Below are positions 48,667 to 58,646 of a stretch of DNA of 64,000 bases, one piece after another (position 1 is the first letter of the stretch; each line of letters opens with the position of its first letter). Position numbers and translations under genes: made by a program. Origin of the DNA: an uncultured Bacteroidales bacterium (GTDB lineage Bacteria; Bacteroidota; Bacteroidia; Bacteroidales; UBA7960); contig CAZTPA010000001.1 of assembly GCA_964614525.1 (NCBI GenBank), positions 152,282 to 216,281 of the forward strand, written 5' to 3'. Below the pieces are notes generated by a model. The model was given only the letters and a program-made list of their open reading frames with translations, had not been told where the DNA came from and did no database searches.

Positions 48667-49068
48667 TTATAAAAGAATTACTGACAGTACCATAAGAACC
48701 AAGCCGAACACTCCAGCCAATACATCTACAGCCACTATTTTTTTCCCATTATTTTTACTTAGCATATCTGCAACCCATTTTTGAAATTTCTGATAGTTAA
48801 AAATAAAAAAGATAGCTTTGATTGCAGTTAAAGAAAACATTACACTGATAATAACAGAATACTTTATATCAGTAGTCAACTCCATATACCAAGTAAAACC
48901 AACCAATGCTAATCCAATAAGTGCAACAAAAGGTATCCACTTTGGTCTTTTCCCTGAATATGTTTTTGCAATAAATCTGTTTTCATCCCATGGTAAGAGA
49001 TGCATATAAAAAGGTTTCAGAAAAGCTGCCAATCCAAAACCGAGACCTAGAATTTGAAAGTAGTTCAT
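48667..49068 (-). CDS. Small 4-TM membrane protein, function unknown; first gene downstream of the LytTR regulator
   Basis: Four hydrophobic helices in 133 aa. Preceded by the composite motif and a -7 box. Confidence 0.45.
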   Translation of the reverse strand: MNYFQILGLGFGLAAFLKPFYMHLLPWDENRFIAKTYSGKRPKWIPFVALIGLALVGFTWYMELTTDIKYSVIISVMFSLTAIKAIFFIFNYQKFQKWVADMLSKNNGKKIVAVDVLAGVFGLVLMVLSVILL

Positions 49069-49090
49069 ATCTGTAAAATTTGATTTAAAG

Positions 49091-49157
49091 CAAATTTAGA
49101 TATAGGTTTAGCTAGGTTAAAAAAAAACTAGATGAATGACGAAAAAATCTGTATGAA
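49091..49157 (-). promoter_or_regulatory. Composite promoter, site c: TTCATACAGATTTTTTCGTCATTCA, 34 nt, then TAAATTTG
   Basis: Motif at 49157-49133 and -7 box at 49098-49091 (minus strand), 22 nt before the start at 49068. Confidence 0.55.
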
Positions 49158-49226
49158 CCAGAATAAATGGATACAGGCAACTAATTTTCAAACTCACAAG
49201 ATAGAATAGGAATAAAACCAAATATA

Positions 49227-49991
49227 TTATTCATTTCCTCCGAGCCATTTTTTAAATGAAGAAGTCTTATCTATACTCACTAAGACATCACCTTCAGGCT
49301 TTGGAATAATATTGAGTTTCAATCTGCTAGATGAATAAATATGAACATCTTTAATGGCATTAAGAGCGACGAGCATTTGGCGATTGATTCTAAAAAAACT
49401 TTCTGGATTCAACTCTCCTAAAAGAGCATCAAGGCTAAAATCAACATAATATGAATTGCCATCATACAAATATGCAGTAGTAAAACCTCCTTCACTTTTA
49501 AAATAGCCAATATCTGAAGTTGCAAAGGTCTTTATTCTTTGACCGACTCTGACAGAAAACCTTTCTTTGTAACTTGCATTATTGTTGACTATCAATTTAT
49601 ATAGCTTGTGTAATTCCTGATCAGCATTACTATCAGCTTTTAAGTCATGAAATTTTTTAAGAGCAGCATTAAGTTCTTCTTGAACAATAGGCTTAAGCAA
49701 ATAATCAATACTTTTTAGTTTAAAAGCTTTAATTGCATATTCATCAAAAGCAGTTGTAAAGATGATTGAGCTGTTTATTTTTACATTTTCAAAAATAGTA
49801 AAGCTAAGTCCGTCCTCAAGATGAATATCAAGAAATATAAGTTCCGGTTGCTCATTATTTTCAAACCAATTAATAGAATCCTCAACAGATTCCAATTGAG
49901 CCACTATCTCAATACTTTTGTCATAAGCAAGTATCATTTTCTTTAATCTTTCTGATGCGAGTACTTCATCTTCTATAATTACTACTTTCAT
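49227..49991 (-). CDS. LytR/AlgR-family response regulator (REC + LytTR DNA-binding domain)
   Basis: REC domain (MKVVIIEDE...FLDIHL...KP), C-terminal LytTR (FFRINRQMLVALNAIKDV). Confidence 0.9.
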   Translation of the reverse strand: MKVVIIEDEVLASERLKKMILAYDKSIEIVAQLESVEDSINWFENNEQPELIFLDIHLEDGLSFTIFENVKINSSIIFTTAFDEYAIKAFKLKSIDYLLKPIVQEELNAALKKFHDLKADSNADQELHKLYKLIVNNNASYKERFSVRVGQRIKTFATSDIGYFKSEGGFTTAYLYDGNSYYVDFSLDALLGELNPESFFRINRQMLVALNAIKDVHIYSSSRLKLNIIPKPEGDVLVSIDKTSSFKKWLGGNE

Positions 49992-50015
49992 ATGGAAACT
50001 ATTTTAATTTGTTTT

Positions 50016-52229
50016 TTAGTTTTTAATTAAGGGTATCTTTGCAATAAACTGTTTTTTAGTTATTTCGAACACCGGCTCTTTGCCACAAAGTAACTTATAG
50101 CGTTTGCTAATATTATCCAGTCCAATGCCTGTTGATTTTTTTTGAGTATCTCTATTTTGCAAGTTATTTACAACATTGAGAAAATCATCATCAACAAACA
50201 AATCAACAATTAAAGGACTTTTTTTTGAAAAAGCATTGTGCTTTATTGCATTTTCAATCAGCAATTGCAGAGCCAGAGGAACAACATATAAATCAAGATA
50301 ATCATTGTCGAAGCCAATATTTACGAAAACTTTATTTGCAAACCTAATATCAATTAAAAACACATAAGCTTTTAGAAACTCCATTTCTGTTTTAAGAGTA
50401 ACTATATCTTTATCTTTGTTCTCCAACACATAACGATACACTTTTGATAATCTTTCCGTAAATGTCTCAGCCAGATCGGAGTCAACTTTAATCAATGAAG
50501 TTAATACATTAAGGCTGTTAAATAAAAAATGCGGATTTACCTGCTGTTTTAAAACTTCAAATTGTGACTGCAAATTTTCTTTTTGCATTTTCAATAATTG
50601 AGTATTTGCCATAGTAAGTTGCGTTGTTCTTTCTTCAATCTTATATTCTAAATCTTCATTTAGTTTTTCTAACTCCTGCTTAGCTTCATATAGGGCTTGT
50701 TCCGCAATTTTTTTCTGAGTTATATCTGTTGTAATTCCATCAAGATAAATGACATTCCCTTCGTTATCGCAAACCGGTTGGCCATTTTCATTTATCCACA
50801 CAATTTTTCCATTTTTATGAATTATACGAAATTCTATTGAGTATGGCTTCTTATCTTTAATGCATTCACCTAAATAACGGCTCAAATATTCTAAATCACC
50901 AGGGTAAATAATGTCGGTAAAACTGATATTCTTATTATCTATAAAATCAGTTGCATAGTACCCTGTTATATCGTAAATCTTATCACTGTAAAATTTTGTT
51001 GTAAATTTTTTATCATTTAAGCATCTTGAAACAGCTCCAACAAGGTTTGATATTATATTATTTACTAATCCTTGGGTTTCTTCAAGCTCGATCTCTGCTT
51101 GCTTTTTTAAAGTAATGTCTGTAATAATCCCATCAATGAAAAGGATATTGCCCTTTTCATCATAAATTCCTTTACCAGCTTCATGTACCCATACAACATT
51201 TCCGTTCCTGTGTTTGATTCTGTATTCCAGGTCAAACTGTGTCCTTGCTGTAATTGCTTCAGATATTTGTTGGTCCACAAATTCAACATCATCCGGGAAT
51301 ATTAGTTTATTAAAAGAAATAATATTATTATCAGAAACAATATCCTGAGGTTTATAACCACAAACATCTTCAACTTGATCACTAACAAACAGCATAGTCC
51401 ATTCATCATCAGGTAAGCATCTATATGTAAAACCAAGCAAATTAGAAATAATACTTTTTAACTGTTCTTTGCTCTTTTCAAGTTTACTTGCCAGTATATC
51501 TTTTTTCTTTATTTCATTTGCAAGTTCTTGATTTAATATTTTTTCCTTTTCTATTAGTTGTTTTGCTGATCTGTTCTTCTCATGTTGAAGTTTAATTTCA
51601 GTATCCAACATTGCTTTTTCTTCAGCATGAATTAACTGCTTATTAATAAATTTAAAAACAGAGAATTGAAGATAGATACACAACAAACCAATAAATACTA
51701 AATAAAACGACTTAAACAACTGAGATATGGGAGACAAAGAAAGGAATTGATTATAAAATTCAGGCTGTTGAAAATAGTTTGCAAAATAGATAAGGTTAAA
51801 TCCTATCAGTGCAATGATAATAATATAAATTAAAAGTCCTCTGTCAAGCCTGAAGGTATATATTAGAAAAAAAATCGGCAGAAAAAATATCGTTGCTGCT
51901 GCAGATACTGCAGTGTAATCGGACAAAGCAGCCATGCCATATATATGATAACAAATAACGACAATATCAAGAGTAGCACTTAAAAACTTTAAATATCTGG
52001 GGTCATATTTATTAATCAATACCCAGTGCAAAATTATATTTACTAATATATAGATAAATAATAATGCTATGGCTTGTTTTGATATTAAAGTATGTCCCAT
52101 ATAAAACTGCACAAACAGAAGCACAGTTAATAAAGAAATGAAAGCCCATCTGAAATACACAGATATTCGGAATCCTTTCAAACGTTCCTCCTTCAATAGT
52201 TGTTCGGGGATTTTTATTCTTTTCTCCAC
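50016..52229 (-). CDS. LytS/YehU-type sensor histidine kinase: about 6 TM, coiled coil, 2 PAS, His_kinase/HATPase
   Basis: QQVNPHFLFNSLNVL (PF06580-type H-box), two PAS-like blocks (EYRIKHRNGNVVWVHE and EFRIIHKNGKIVWINE), LIENAIKH N-box. GTG start. It ends 24 nt upstream of the regulator gene start. Confidence 0.85.
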   Translation of the reverse strand: MEKRIKIPEQLLKEERLKGFRISVYFRWAFISLLTVLLFVQFYMGHTLISKQAIALLFIYILVNIILHWVLINKYDPRYLKFLSATLDIVVICYHIYGMAALSDYTAVSAAATIFFLPIFFLIYTFRLDRGLLIYIIIIALIGFNLIYFANYFQQPEFYNQFLSLSPISQLFKSFYLVFIGLLCIYLQFSVFKFINKQLIHAEEKAMLDTEIKLQHEKNRSAKQLIEKEKILNQELANEIKKKDILASKLEKSKEQLKSIISNLLGFTYRCLPDDEWTMLFVSDQVEDVCGYKPQDIVSDNNIISFNKLIFPDDVEFVDQQISEAITARTQFDLEYRIKHRNGNVVWVHEAGKGIYDEKGNILFIDGIITDITLKKQAEIELEETQGLVNNIISNLVGAVSRCLNDKKFTTKFYSDKIYDITGYYATDFIDNKNISFTDIIYPGDLEYLSRYLGECIKDKKPYSIEFRIIHKNGKIVWINENGQPVCDNEGNVIYLDGITTDITQKKIAEQALYEAKQELEKLNEDLEYKIEERTTQLTMANTQLLKMQKENLQSQFEVLKQQVNPHFLFNSLNVLTSLIKVDSDLAETFTERLSKVYRYVLENKDKDIVTLKTEMEFLKAYVFLIDIRFANKVFVNIGFDNDYLDLYVVPLALQLLIENAIKHNAFSKKSPLIVDLFVDDDFLNVVNNLQNRDTQKKSTGIGLDNISKRYKLLCGKEPVFEITKKQFIAKIPLIKN

Positions 52230-52579
52230 TGTTTAATTACTCTCCATACTCTATTAATTGACTAAAATACAATATATTATGCAACATAAAATAATGTATT
52301 CAATTTGTTTAAATTACTTTTTTATAATATTCTCATGGCAAATTTAACAACTAAAAAATTGAAAACTCCACAAATGTAAAGATTGTTATTTTAAAGCAAA
52401 GCGAAACTATTATATCCGCACAGCTTAATACATTATAGACATAACTTAATGCCATATTACATCCGTCATACTGCAGCATATAATCCCGTTTATCAAGATA
52501 AAACTTCAAAGAAAGCAACATACTTCACTTACATATTTGTATAAGCGAGGAAAAACATAGGAAGTATATCATCTTATTA

Positions 52580-53425
52580 TTATTTTCCTAAAACATTACA
52601 ATTGTATTCAACATCAACAGTAATAAATTCACCATAACAAAAATCTTGGTCCGGTCTTTTATAATAAACTTCAGCTCGCTTTGGCAAAGTGTTTCTTCCG
52701 AAGACTCCGAATTCCTTTACGGGTGTATACCATGGCCTTAGGAATGCTTCCTTATTATTAATTTCGTATCTGTCATTGCTAATAAAATCAGTTAGCCAGC
52801 CCTCTTCATTAAAAATCAATTCAGCGCAAATAGTTTGCAAACCATTTGTATAGGTTGCTTTTAGACGTGTATTGCTAATTAGTTCCCAACTAATATTATT
52901 TAAATCAACCAATGCTGCAGGCGCAAAAAAACAAATGTCATTTAAAAATGTGACTGTTTCGCTCTGATTCATTTCCTCCCCAGAAACATCAATAATTTTA
53001 AAAATCCGTGCAAGTTTTATTTTCATATAGGCTTCTCCATCTTGGTACATGTGCAATCCATTTGCCGGAATACCCATTTTTTTTGCCTTTATATAAAATG
53101 CTCGTGTTGGTTTGTCAAAGAAATTGTACTGTTCTGATATAAAATTCATCCATGGCTCATCAGGATTTGAACGCATTCTGCCCTTAAACGTAATTTTCAC
53201 ATTATGCACCCGCTCTTGTCCAACAACACCAGCTAATTTAAGATATCTCTGTAATAATTCAGGCAAGTGTTCAATATCTTGTTCATTAATGATATCTAGA
53301 GGAAATTGTGCTGTTCGAGCTAAGCCCTCATTAACAACATTTTTATAAGTTCGCTTGAGATTCTGGCAAAAAAGGCCATTAATTGAAATTGAAATTAGTG
53401 TCATAATTAATACTATTCTTTTCAT
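52580..53425 (-). CDS. Secreted conserved hypothetical protein (possibly DUF6544-like)
   Basis: The ATG at 53425 gives the signal peptide MKRIVLIMTLISISINGLFCQ. The LPELLQRYLKLAGVVGQERVHNVKITFKGRMR segment resembles that family from memory only. Confidence 0.4.
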   Translation of the reverse strand: MKRIVLIMTLISISINGLFCQNLKRTYKNVVNEGLARTAQFPLDIINEQDIEHLPELLQRYLKLAGVVGQERVHNVKITFKGRMRSNPDEPWMNFISEQYNFFDKPTRAFYIKAKKMGIPANGLHMYQDGEAYMKIKLARIFKIIDVSGEEMNQSETVTFLNDICFFAPAALVDLNNISWELISNTRLKATYTNGLQTICAELIFNEEGWLTDFISNDRYEINNKEAFLRPWYTPVKEFGVFGRNTLPKRAEVYYKRPDQDFCYGEFITVDVEYNCNVLGK

Positions 53426-53587
53426 TATATATTCTTTTTGAAACTGATTCAATTCACGGCAACAATCTCCTTATATTAAGCATTATTGCTTTTTGAATTT
53501 GTTAATAAAGCATTATGAATAGCAGGGATGTATGCCTATGCTAAAAAAGCATTCAACATTAATTCATTTCTGGATTCACCAAAATTG

Positions 53588-53773
53588 TTAGTCTTGCTTT
53601 TTTTTATTTTTCACATTGCCCAACATAGCTCCTGACACAATACCTAAACCGGCTCCAACTCCTGCAAATATGGGGGCATAAATTGGATTAGATATGATTA
53701 ATCCAAGACCAAACCCAATTGCAACACCCATGATCAAACCAAGACCAACATATTTTTTATTTTCTTTTTCCAT
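53588..53773 (-). CDS. 61-aa glycine-zipper two-TM membrane peptide
   Basis: MEKENKKYVGLGLIMGVAIGFGLGLIISNPIYAPIFAGVGAGLGIVSGAMLGNVKNKKKQD: charged ends and GxxxG-rich helices. A frameshifted paralog lies at 58647-58852. Confidence 0.5.
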   Translation of the reverse strand: MEKENKKYVGLGLIMGVAIGFGLGLIISNPIYAPIFAGVGAGLGIVSGAMLGNVKNKKKQD

Positions 53774-53928
53774 TTTATCATATTATTAAGACAAAGAATA
53801 TTTTTTAAATCTATGCATAACTACAGTTCTAATAAGAATACATTATTGTAGATGTCTGAAGCTGTGATTTATAAGCCTTAAAATGGTTTTATAAAACTCA
53901 TTATTAATGAATGACTGATTTTTTGTTT

Positions 53929-55047
53929 TTAATGACACGATATAGCTTTTAGTGCTTTTTCTTTAACAATAGAATTAAACTTATCCACTTCTTCCATACA
54001 AGGGCTATGAGCTGAATTCTCAAAAGTAAAAAATTCTTTCACAGGAGCGTCCATTTGGTCGAAGAAGTCTTTAGCCACAGTATACGATGTTTGGTAATCA
54101 TTAATTCCGTTAAAAATATAAACAGGTATTTGCATGCTGTCAATATGGTTAAATAGGTTAGTATTTATTACCTCCATCCAAAGATTTTCAAGGCAAAACA
54201 TGCTTGAATTCATGAAGTTTAGTTTTTCACGGAAAGTATATTCAGGAGAGTAAAGTACAATCTTGACCAAAGGCCACATGCCTGTTATTTCGCGGGTAAC
54301 GCCTCCTCCAAATTTACTTACATACCTTCTTTCCACCATTAAAAAGTCTATCCACTCCTTAACTGTTGCAGTTGAGTCAGGAAAACTAAGCTTTGACAAA
54401 GTTGAGATTGCGGATTGGTCATTTTTTAGTTTTGCCTGTTCCTTAACCCATTCAAAAGATACTTTTTCGGCTTGATATTGGTCTGCAACCTGCCCAATGC
54501 CATAGTATGCATAATAAAGTTCAGGGTGTTTGTATGCGGTGAGTATCCCCAAAAATGAACCCCAGGAATGTCCCATTAAGAAAAGTTTCTCTTGATTGAA
54601 GCGTTTTATAAGGTATTCACTTAATTCTTGCGTATCAGAGATCATTTGCTCAAGCGTCATGCTCTCCGGAGGTATGTTTTTTGAGAATGATTTGCCGGCT
54701 CCTCTTTGCTCCCAGTAAACCATTACATAGTCATTTTCAATATCCCTATTGAAATGTTTCATAAATGCAGCTTCAGGGCTTCCGGGACCACCATGCAGAA
54801 ATAGCATCACAGGCTTAGTTTTATCTACGCCACGAATAATTAAATACTGATCCAAACCTCCGAGATTAATCGTTATAATCTCAGATATACTTCCTTCAAT
54901 TGTTTCTCCCCGGGCATCCTTAATTAGGTCTGACTTCCCGGGACTTTTTGCCCATAAGATTATGGCTAATATACCAACAATCAAAATAGCTCCACCAAGT
55001 AAATACGAAACTATTTTTGCTGCTTTCTTAAAAATCTTTTTTGCCAT
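53929..55047 (-). CDS. Membrane-anchored alpha/beta hydrolase (proline-iminopeptidase-like, S33-type)
   Basis: N-terminal TM, HGGPG oxyanion motif, GHSWGS nucleophile elbow, C-terminal His region. Confidence 0.8.
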   Translation of the reverse strand: MAKKIFKKAAKIVSYLLGGAILIVGILAIILWAKSPGKSDLIKDARGETIEGSISEIITINLGGLDQYLIIRGVDKTKPVMLFLHGGPGSPEAAFMKHFNRDIENDYVMVYWEQRGAGKSFSKNIPPESMTLEQMISDTQELSEYLIKRFNQEKLFLMGHSWGSFLGILTAYKHPELYYAYYGIGQVADQYQAEKVSFEWVKEQAKLKNDQSAISTLSKLSFPDSTATVKEWIDFLMVERRYVSKFGGGVTREITGMWPLVKIVLYSPEYTFREKLNFMNSSMFCLENLWMEVINTNLFNHIDSMQIPVYIFNGINDYQTSYTVAKDFFDQMDAPVKEFFTFENSAHSPCMEEVDKFNSIVKEKALKAISCH

Positions 55048-55146
55048 GTGATTTTGTTTAAATAATGTATAAATTTAAATTACATTGTTTTAATTCTTAC
55101 TTTACTCAAATATTTGTCATTTTGAAATTCAAAGCTATATCTTTTT

Positions 55147-55608
55147 TTAGATCAACAGCCATGCTGATAAAAGTCCGAACATTATGCTGTACATTATTGC
55201 TTCAAGCTGGATCGTCCAAAAAACTCTTTTTTCGACAAACTCTTTCTTCAAATAAACAAAGCCTTCAATGGTATTAGAGAAAGGGATTGCACTGGCAAAA
55301 TCAGCATAAACAAACATCAAGGAAGCCATAAAAACAAACTGCATCCCAAAAGAAAGTTCTCCCAAAAACGGAAGAATCGGGTACAGAACCATAGACATAA
55401 TAATTCCTCTTACAAACTGGGAAGGTAACATAAGTTTAGCAATTCGCATGCTTTCTTTCTTGTCGTCCATGTCTCTGAAAAAAGACTTGTACAAACGGTT
55501 TTTACCTGAATAAAACTTTTTTGAAAGTTGAAAATCAATAACTCCTGCCATAATATAGCAGGCTAAATGAATTGCAAAAAACAGGAAACTGAAAATTACA
55601 TAAGTCAT
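55147..55608 (-). CDS. Hypothetical 4-TM membrane protein
   Basis: 153 aa and hydrophobic. Its start is 15 nt after the stop of the upstream serine hydrolase gene, so it is probably co-transcribed. Confidence 0.4.
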   Translation of the reverse strand: MTYVIFSFLFFAIHLACYIMAGVIDFQLSKKFYSGKNRLYKSFFRDMDDKKESMRIAKLMLPSQFVRGIIMSMVLYPILPFLGELSFGMQFVFMASLMFVYADFASAIPFSNTIEGFVYLKKEFVEKRVFWTIQLEAIMYSIMFGLLSAWLLI

Positions 55609-55623
55609 GATTATTGAAACTTT

Positions 55624-56706
55624 TTAGTTGTTACTATATTTTATTAGCTCTCTGATCACTTTCCTAAGCATAAATTGCAAAGCTTTTGAAGTATATGAAA
55701 TATCGTTAAATGTTCCTATTATATATGATTCTGTTAATGGATGGTAAAACATAAAAGCACCTGTAACACCAACTCCACCCCAACAAAAATATTTTTTCGG
55801 GAGTAATACCGGAATTGCCTTTGGCTTCCATATAGAATATCCGTAATCAAAGGCAATGGCAGGCAAACCCATTTTTACATCATCATAAATCATTTTATTA
55901 AGAGTGCTTTCTTTCACGAGTTTATGAGTCACCAGTGCCTTCATAAAAACCAGGTATTCCTCCAGGGGAGCTACAACGCCTCCACCGGCGTAATCAATCT
56001 GTGCAAAACGTACATCTTCAATACAATTAAGGTTCTCAACATGCACTCCAGCAGTTGGAAACTGAGATTCAACTTTTGGCTTTGAATATCCAAACATATA
56101 AGCTCTATTCATGCCTAATGGCTCAAAAATCATTTCATGCAAAACTTCATGATAAGGTACTTTTGTAAGACTTTCGATAATCAAGCCAAGTAAATAATAA
56201 TTAGTATCTGTATAAAAATGCTTTTCACCGGGTTTTCCTATGGGTTGCAAATTGTTTTTGCTCCATATTACAGCCTCTTTTGGAGTAATTTTAAACTCAG
56301 GGTCGTTTTTTAATTTATTTAACAAGTGGTAAAAAACATCATTTAATCCGGATGTTTGTTTTAGCAAATTCTTTACAGTTATCTCACCTGAATAGTCTAC
56401 GCCTTTAAAAATATGTAGGCCACTCATTATCTCTGAATCAAGGTAATTATTGATTTTTGCCTCATAGTCCAAAACTCTCCGCTCGTGCAACATTCCGATT
56501 ATCGTTGCGGTGAATAACTTGCCAACAGAAGCCAGGTAATTTGGTTGCTGATTATTAGCAGGAAAATTTCCGGTTGCTCCTTCTGCAATATTAATATCAA
56601 TACCAAGTTTTTCAGAATTCACAAGTAAGTATGCATTTTTGACATTTTTGTCTTTTCTTGCTATTTTTCTAAAATTTTCTTCAATTTTAAGCTGAGCTTT
56701 CATCAC
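55624..56706 (-). CDS. Beta-lactamase-fold serine hydrolase (class C/esterase-like), no signal peptide
   Basis: SxxK motif (ASVGKLF) and a YxN-like YTDTNY. 360 aa with a hydrophilic N-terminus. Confidence 0.8.
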   Translation of the reverse strand: MMKAQLKIEENFRKIARKDKNVKNAYLLVNSEKLGIDINIAEGATGNFPANNQQPNYLASVGKLFTATIIGMLHERRVLDYEAKINNYLDSEIMSGLHIFKGVDYSGEITVKNLLKQTSGLNDVFYHLLNKLKNDPEFKITPKEAVIWSKNNLQPIGKPGEKHFYTDTNYYLLGLIIESLTKVPYHEVLHEMIFEPLGMNRAYMFGYSKPKVESQFPTAGVHVENLNCIEDVRFAQIDYAGGGVVAPLEEYLVFMKALVTHKLVKESTLNKMIYDDVKMGLPAIAFDYGYSIWKPKAIPVLLPKKYFCWGGVGVTGAFMFYHPLTESYIIGTFNDISYTSKALQFMLRKVIRELIKYSNN

Positions 56707-56753
56707 AATTTTATTTACTTCCTAATCTAAATAGATTGCTTTATTAAACATTT

Positions 56754-56820
56754 CAAAAATATATACAAACATTTAATGAGGTAACAAAAACCTGGTGAAT
56801 GACGGAATTTTATGGTTGAA
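56754..56820 (-). promoter_or_regulatory. Composite promoter, site a: TTCAACCATAAAATTCCGTCATTCA, 34 nt, then TATTTTTG
   Basis: Motif at 56820-56796 and -7 box at 56761-56754 (minus strand), 47 nt before the start at 56706. Confidence 0.55.
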
Positions 56821-56915
56821 TCAGGGAAAATGGCCTTTCTTATACGGAAGCCGATTGCGATAAAGTGCTGAAAGCTTACTAATAGAAAACAATCTGCATA
56901 GCGGCGACACAATGT

Positions 56916-58601
56916 CTATCTCCTCACAAACTTCACGTTTTGTAATCTTCCAATGTCCAACATCACAAAGCCAATTACATCCTTATCGGAATTGCGGGTG
57001 AATTCAACCATGCCAAAACGGTCGGTTGCAAAAATGTTTCCGTTTACGTGATTTAAAGGGATAATTGATGCTCTAAAGTATCTTTCAAAAGTTGCCGGAG
57101 GAATTATTTTCAGCTGTTCATCCTCAAAAATAACATTGTAATCAGTGCTCAAATCCGGATGGTAATAATCTCCGGCAAAAGAGGCAATTTCTTCAATTGA
57201 CAGAAGCACCTTTTCAGATGTTCTTGATGCATGATAATCGTTTCCTCCTTGATGCCATATGATTTCATTTACTTCTCCATCGGAACCATCAATAAAAGTT
57301 ACCTGTGCGTCAAAGTCTTTTAAAAAGAATTCGTTATCACTCTCGGCAAATAGCTCAAATTTTTGATCTCCCGGTAAAAGTAGCCAAAATGTATCCAATT
57401 CAAAAGCAAATTCAAGTTCCATTCCATCAGGCATTTTATAGTTTCCAGCATATTTTTCAATTTTTTCATAGTTAAGATCAACAGCAATTCTTGGGGCTAC
57501 TTCTTTTACAAAAATTCTATCAGCAAGAAACAGCTCAGCAACTCCGGTAGCAATTGCGCGTGAGTTTATGCTTTCATTATTGAGCATAGTAATAACTACA
57601 AGCTCATCATCAGGGAAAATCGTAATGCGACTTCTGAATCCCGGAATGCCTCCACTGTGTGAAACCATTTTTACACCTTTGTAAGTGGAAACATAAAAGC
57701 CGTATGTATAAGACAAGCTGTCACCATTTTCAAGGGTGTTGTATTTGGTTAGCATCCTGTTGACAAGTTCATGACCTCCAACTTTAGGAGTTATAAAGTT
57801 CTGACCCCAATTAATCATATCGTTGAGACTGGCAAATATATTACCTTGTCCATAGCTATAATCTTCGGAAGAGCTAATTAAAACAGCTTTATCATCAAGC
57901 ATTTCATATCCAAATGCAGTGTTTTTCTGTTCAATATCAGGGCTATAGTAAATTATTGCTGTTTCCATCGACAAAGGAGTGAAAACATTTTTCTTCAGAA
58001 AACCAGGAAGGGGCATTCCACTCGCAGAATTAACTATTTCAGCCAGGAGGGAGTAGCCTGAGTTTGAATAAACATGCTTGGTATTTGGCTCGAAATTAAG
58101 ACAGGAATATTTATAAATAATATCAATCTCATCCTGCTGTGTCCATTTAACATCAAATGGAATCCCGGATAGAAGCCTTAACCAATCAGTTGATGCGACT
58201 CCGCTTGTATGTTGCATCAGATGCCTCACAGTTATTATATGTCCGTAATCAGGCATATCAGGCAGGTAATACCTGATGTCCCTGTCAAGTTCAATTTTAC
58301 CATCCTGCTCGAGTAGCAAAATAGCAAAAGCAGTAAACTGTTTTGCAACAGATGCTATATCGAAAAGAGTTGTTTCGGTAATAGCTTTGTTATTTTCGAC
58401 ATCCATAATCCCAAAGCTTTTCTTCACTACTACGTCGCTACCCGATATTACACCAATTACTCCTCCCGGCTGACCGGCAGTGTGCTGCAAAGAAATGATT
58501 GAATCGATCTTTTGAGATAGATTTATTGGTTTTGACACTGCTCTTGCATTCATAACTACAGTTATGCTTATCACTGCAATTAAAAAATTCTTCGTTTTCA
58601 T
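56916..58601 (-). CDS. Secreted beta-lactamase-fold serine hydrolase with two C-terminal lipocalin-like (DUF3471-type) domains
   Basis: Signal peptide, SxxK (IASVAKQF), YSNSGY, HSGGIPG. The C-terminus has two YAGNY/FAGDYY-initiated modules. Confidence 0.85.
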   Translation of the reverse strand: MKTKNFLIAVISITVVMNARAVSKPINLSQKIDSIISLQHTAGQPGGVIGVISGSDVVVKKSFGIMDVENNKAITETTLFDIASVAKQFTAFAILLLEQDGKIELDRDIRYYLPDMPDYGHIITVRHLMQHTSGVASTDWLRLLSGIPFDVKWTQQDEIDIIYKYSCLNFEPNTKHVYSNSGYSLLAEIVNSASGMPLPGFLKKNVFTPLSMETAIIYYSPDIEQKNTAFGYEMLDDKAVLISSSEDYSYGQGNIFASLNDMINWGQNFITPKVGGHELVNRMLTKYNTLENGDSLSYTYGFYVSTYKGVKMVSHSGGIPGFRSRITIFPDDELVVITMLNNESINSRAIATGVAELFLADRIFVKEVAPRIAVDLNYEKIEKYAGNYKMPDGMELEFAFELDTFWLLLPGDQKFELFAESDNEFFLKDFDAQVTFIDGSDGEVNEIIWHQGGNDYHASRTSEKVLLSIEEIASFAGDYYHPDLSTDYNVIFEDEQLKIIPPATFERYFRASIIPLNHVNGNIFATDRFGMVEFTRNSDKDVIGFVMLDIGRLQNVKFVRR

Positions 58602-58646
58602 GATTATTGTGTTTTATGTTTTTTGATTAATTATAAAATTTCCGAT

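Noticed and set aside
48667-49068. Calling the 133-aa 4-TM protein an LrgA/CidA (holin/antiholin-like) homolog because of its position after a LytS/LytTR system.
   Set aside because: By eye I see no sequence similarity to LrgA. Only the size, the TM count and the gene order are analogous. It stays as a hypothetical membrane protein.
53908-53932. A fourth, weaker copy of the composite motif on the minus strand (plus strand TGAATGACT-N12-TTAA), upstream of the 61-aa peptide gene.
   Set aside because: Both half-sites deviate: CGTC becomes AGTC and TTCA becomes TTAA. The sequence 34 nt downstream (TATAAATC) is not a TAnnTTTG box. The site also overlaps the stop codon of the upstream hydrolase gene. 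It is not counted as a site, though a genome-wide matrix scan could revisit it.
56727-56912. A 61-aa minus-strand ORF in the gap between the two beta-lactamase-fold genes.
   Set aside because: The composition is odd, with no recognisable motif. It is fully occupied by the promoter, the composite motif and the -7 box. It is more likely a non-coding regulatory region.
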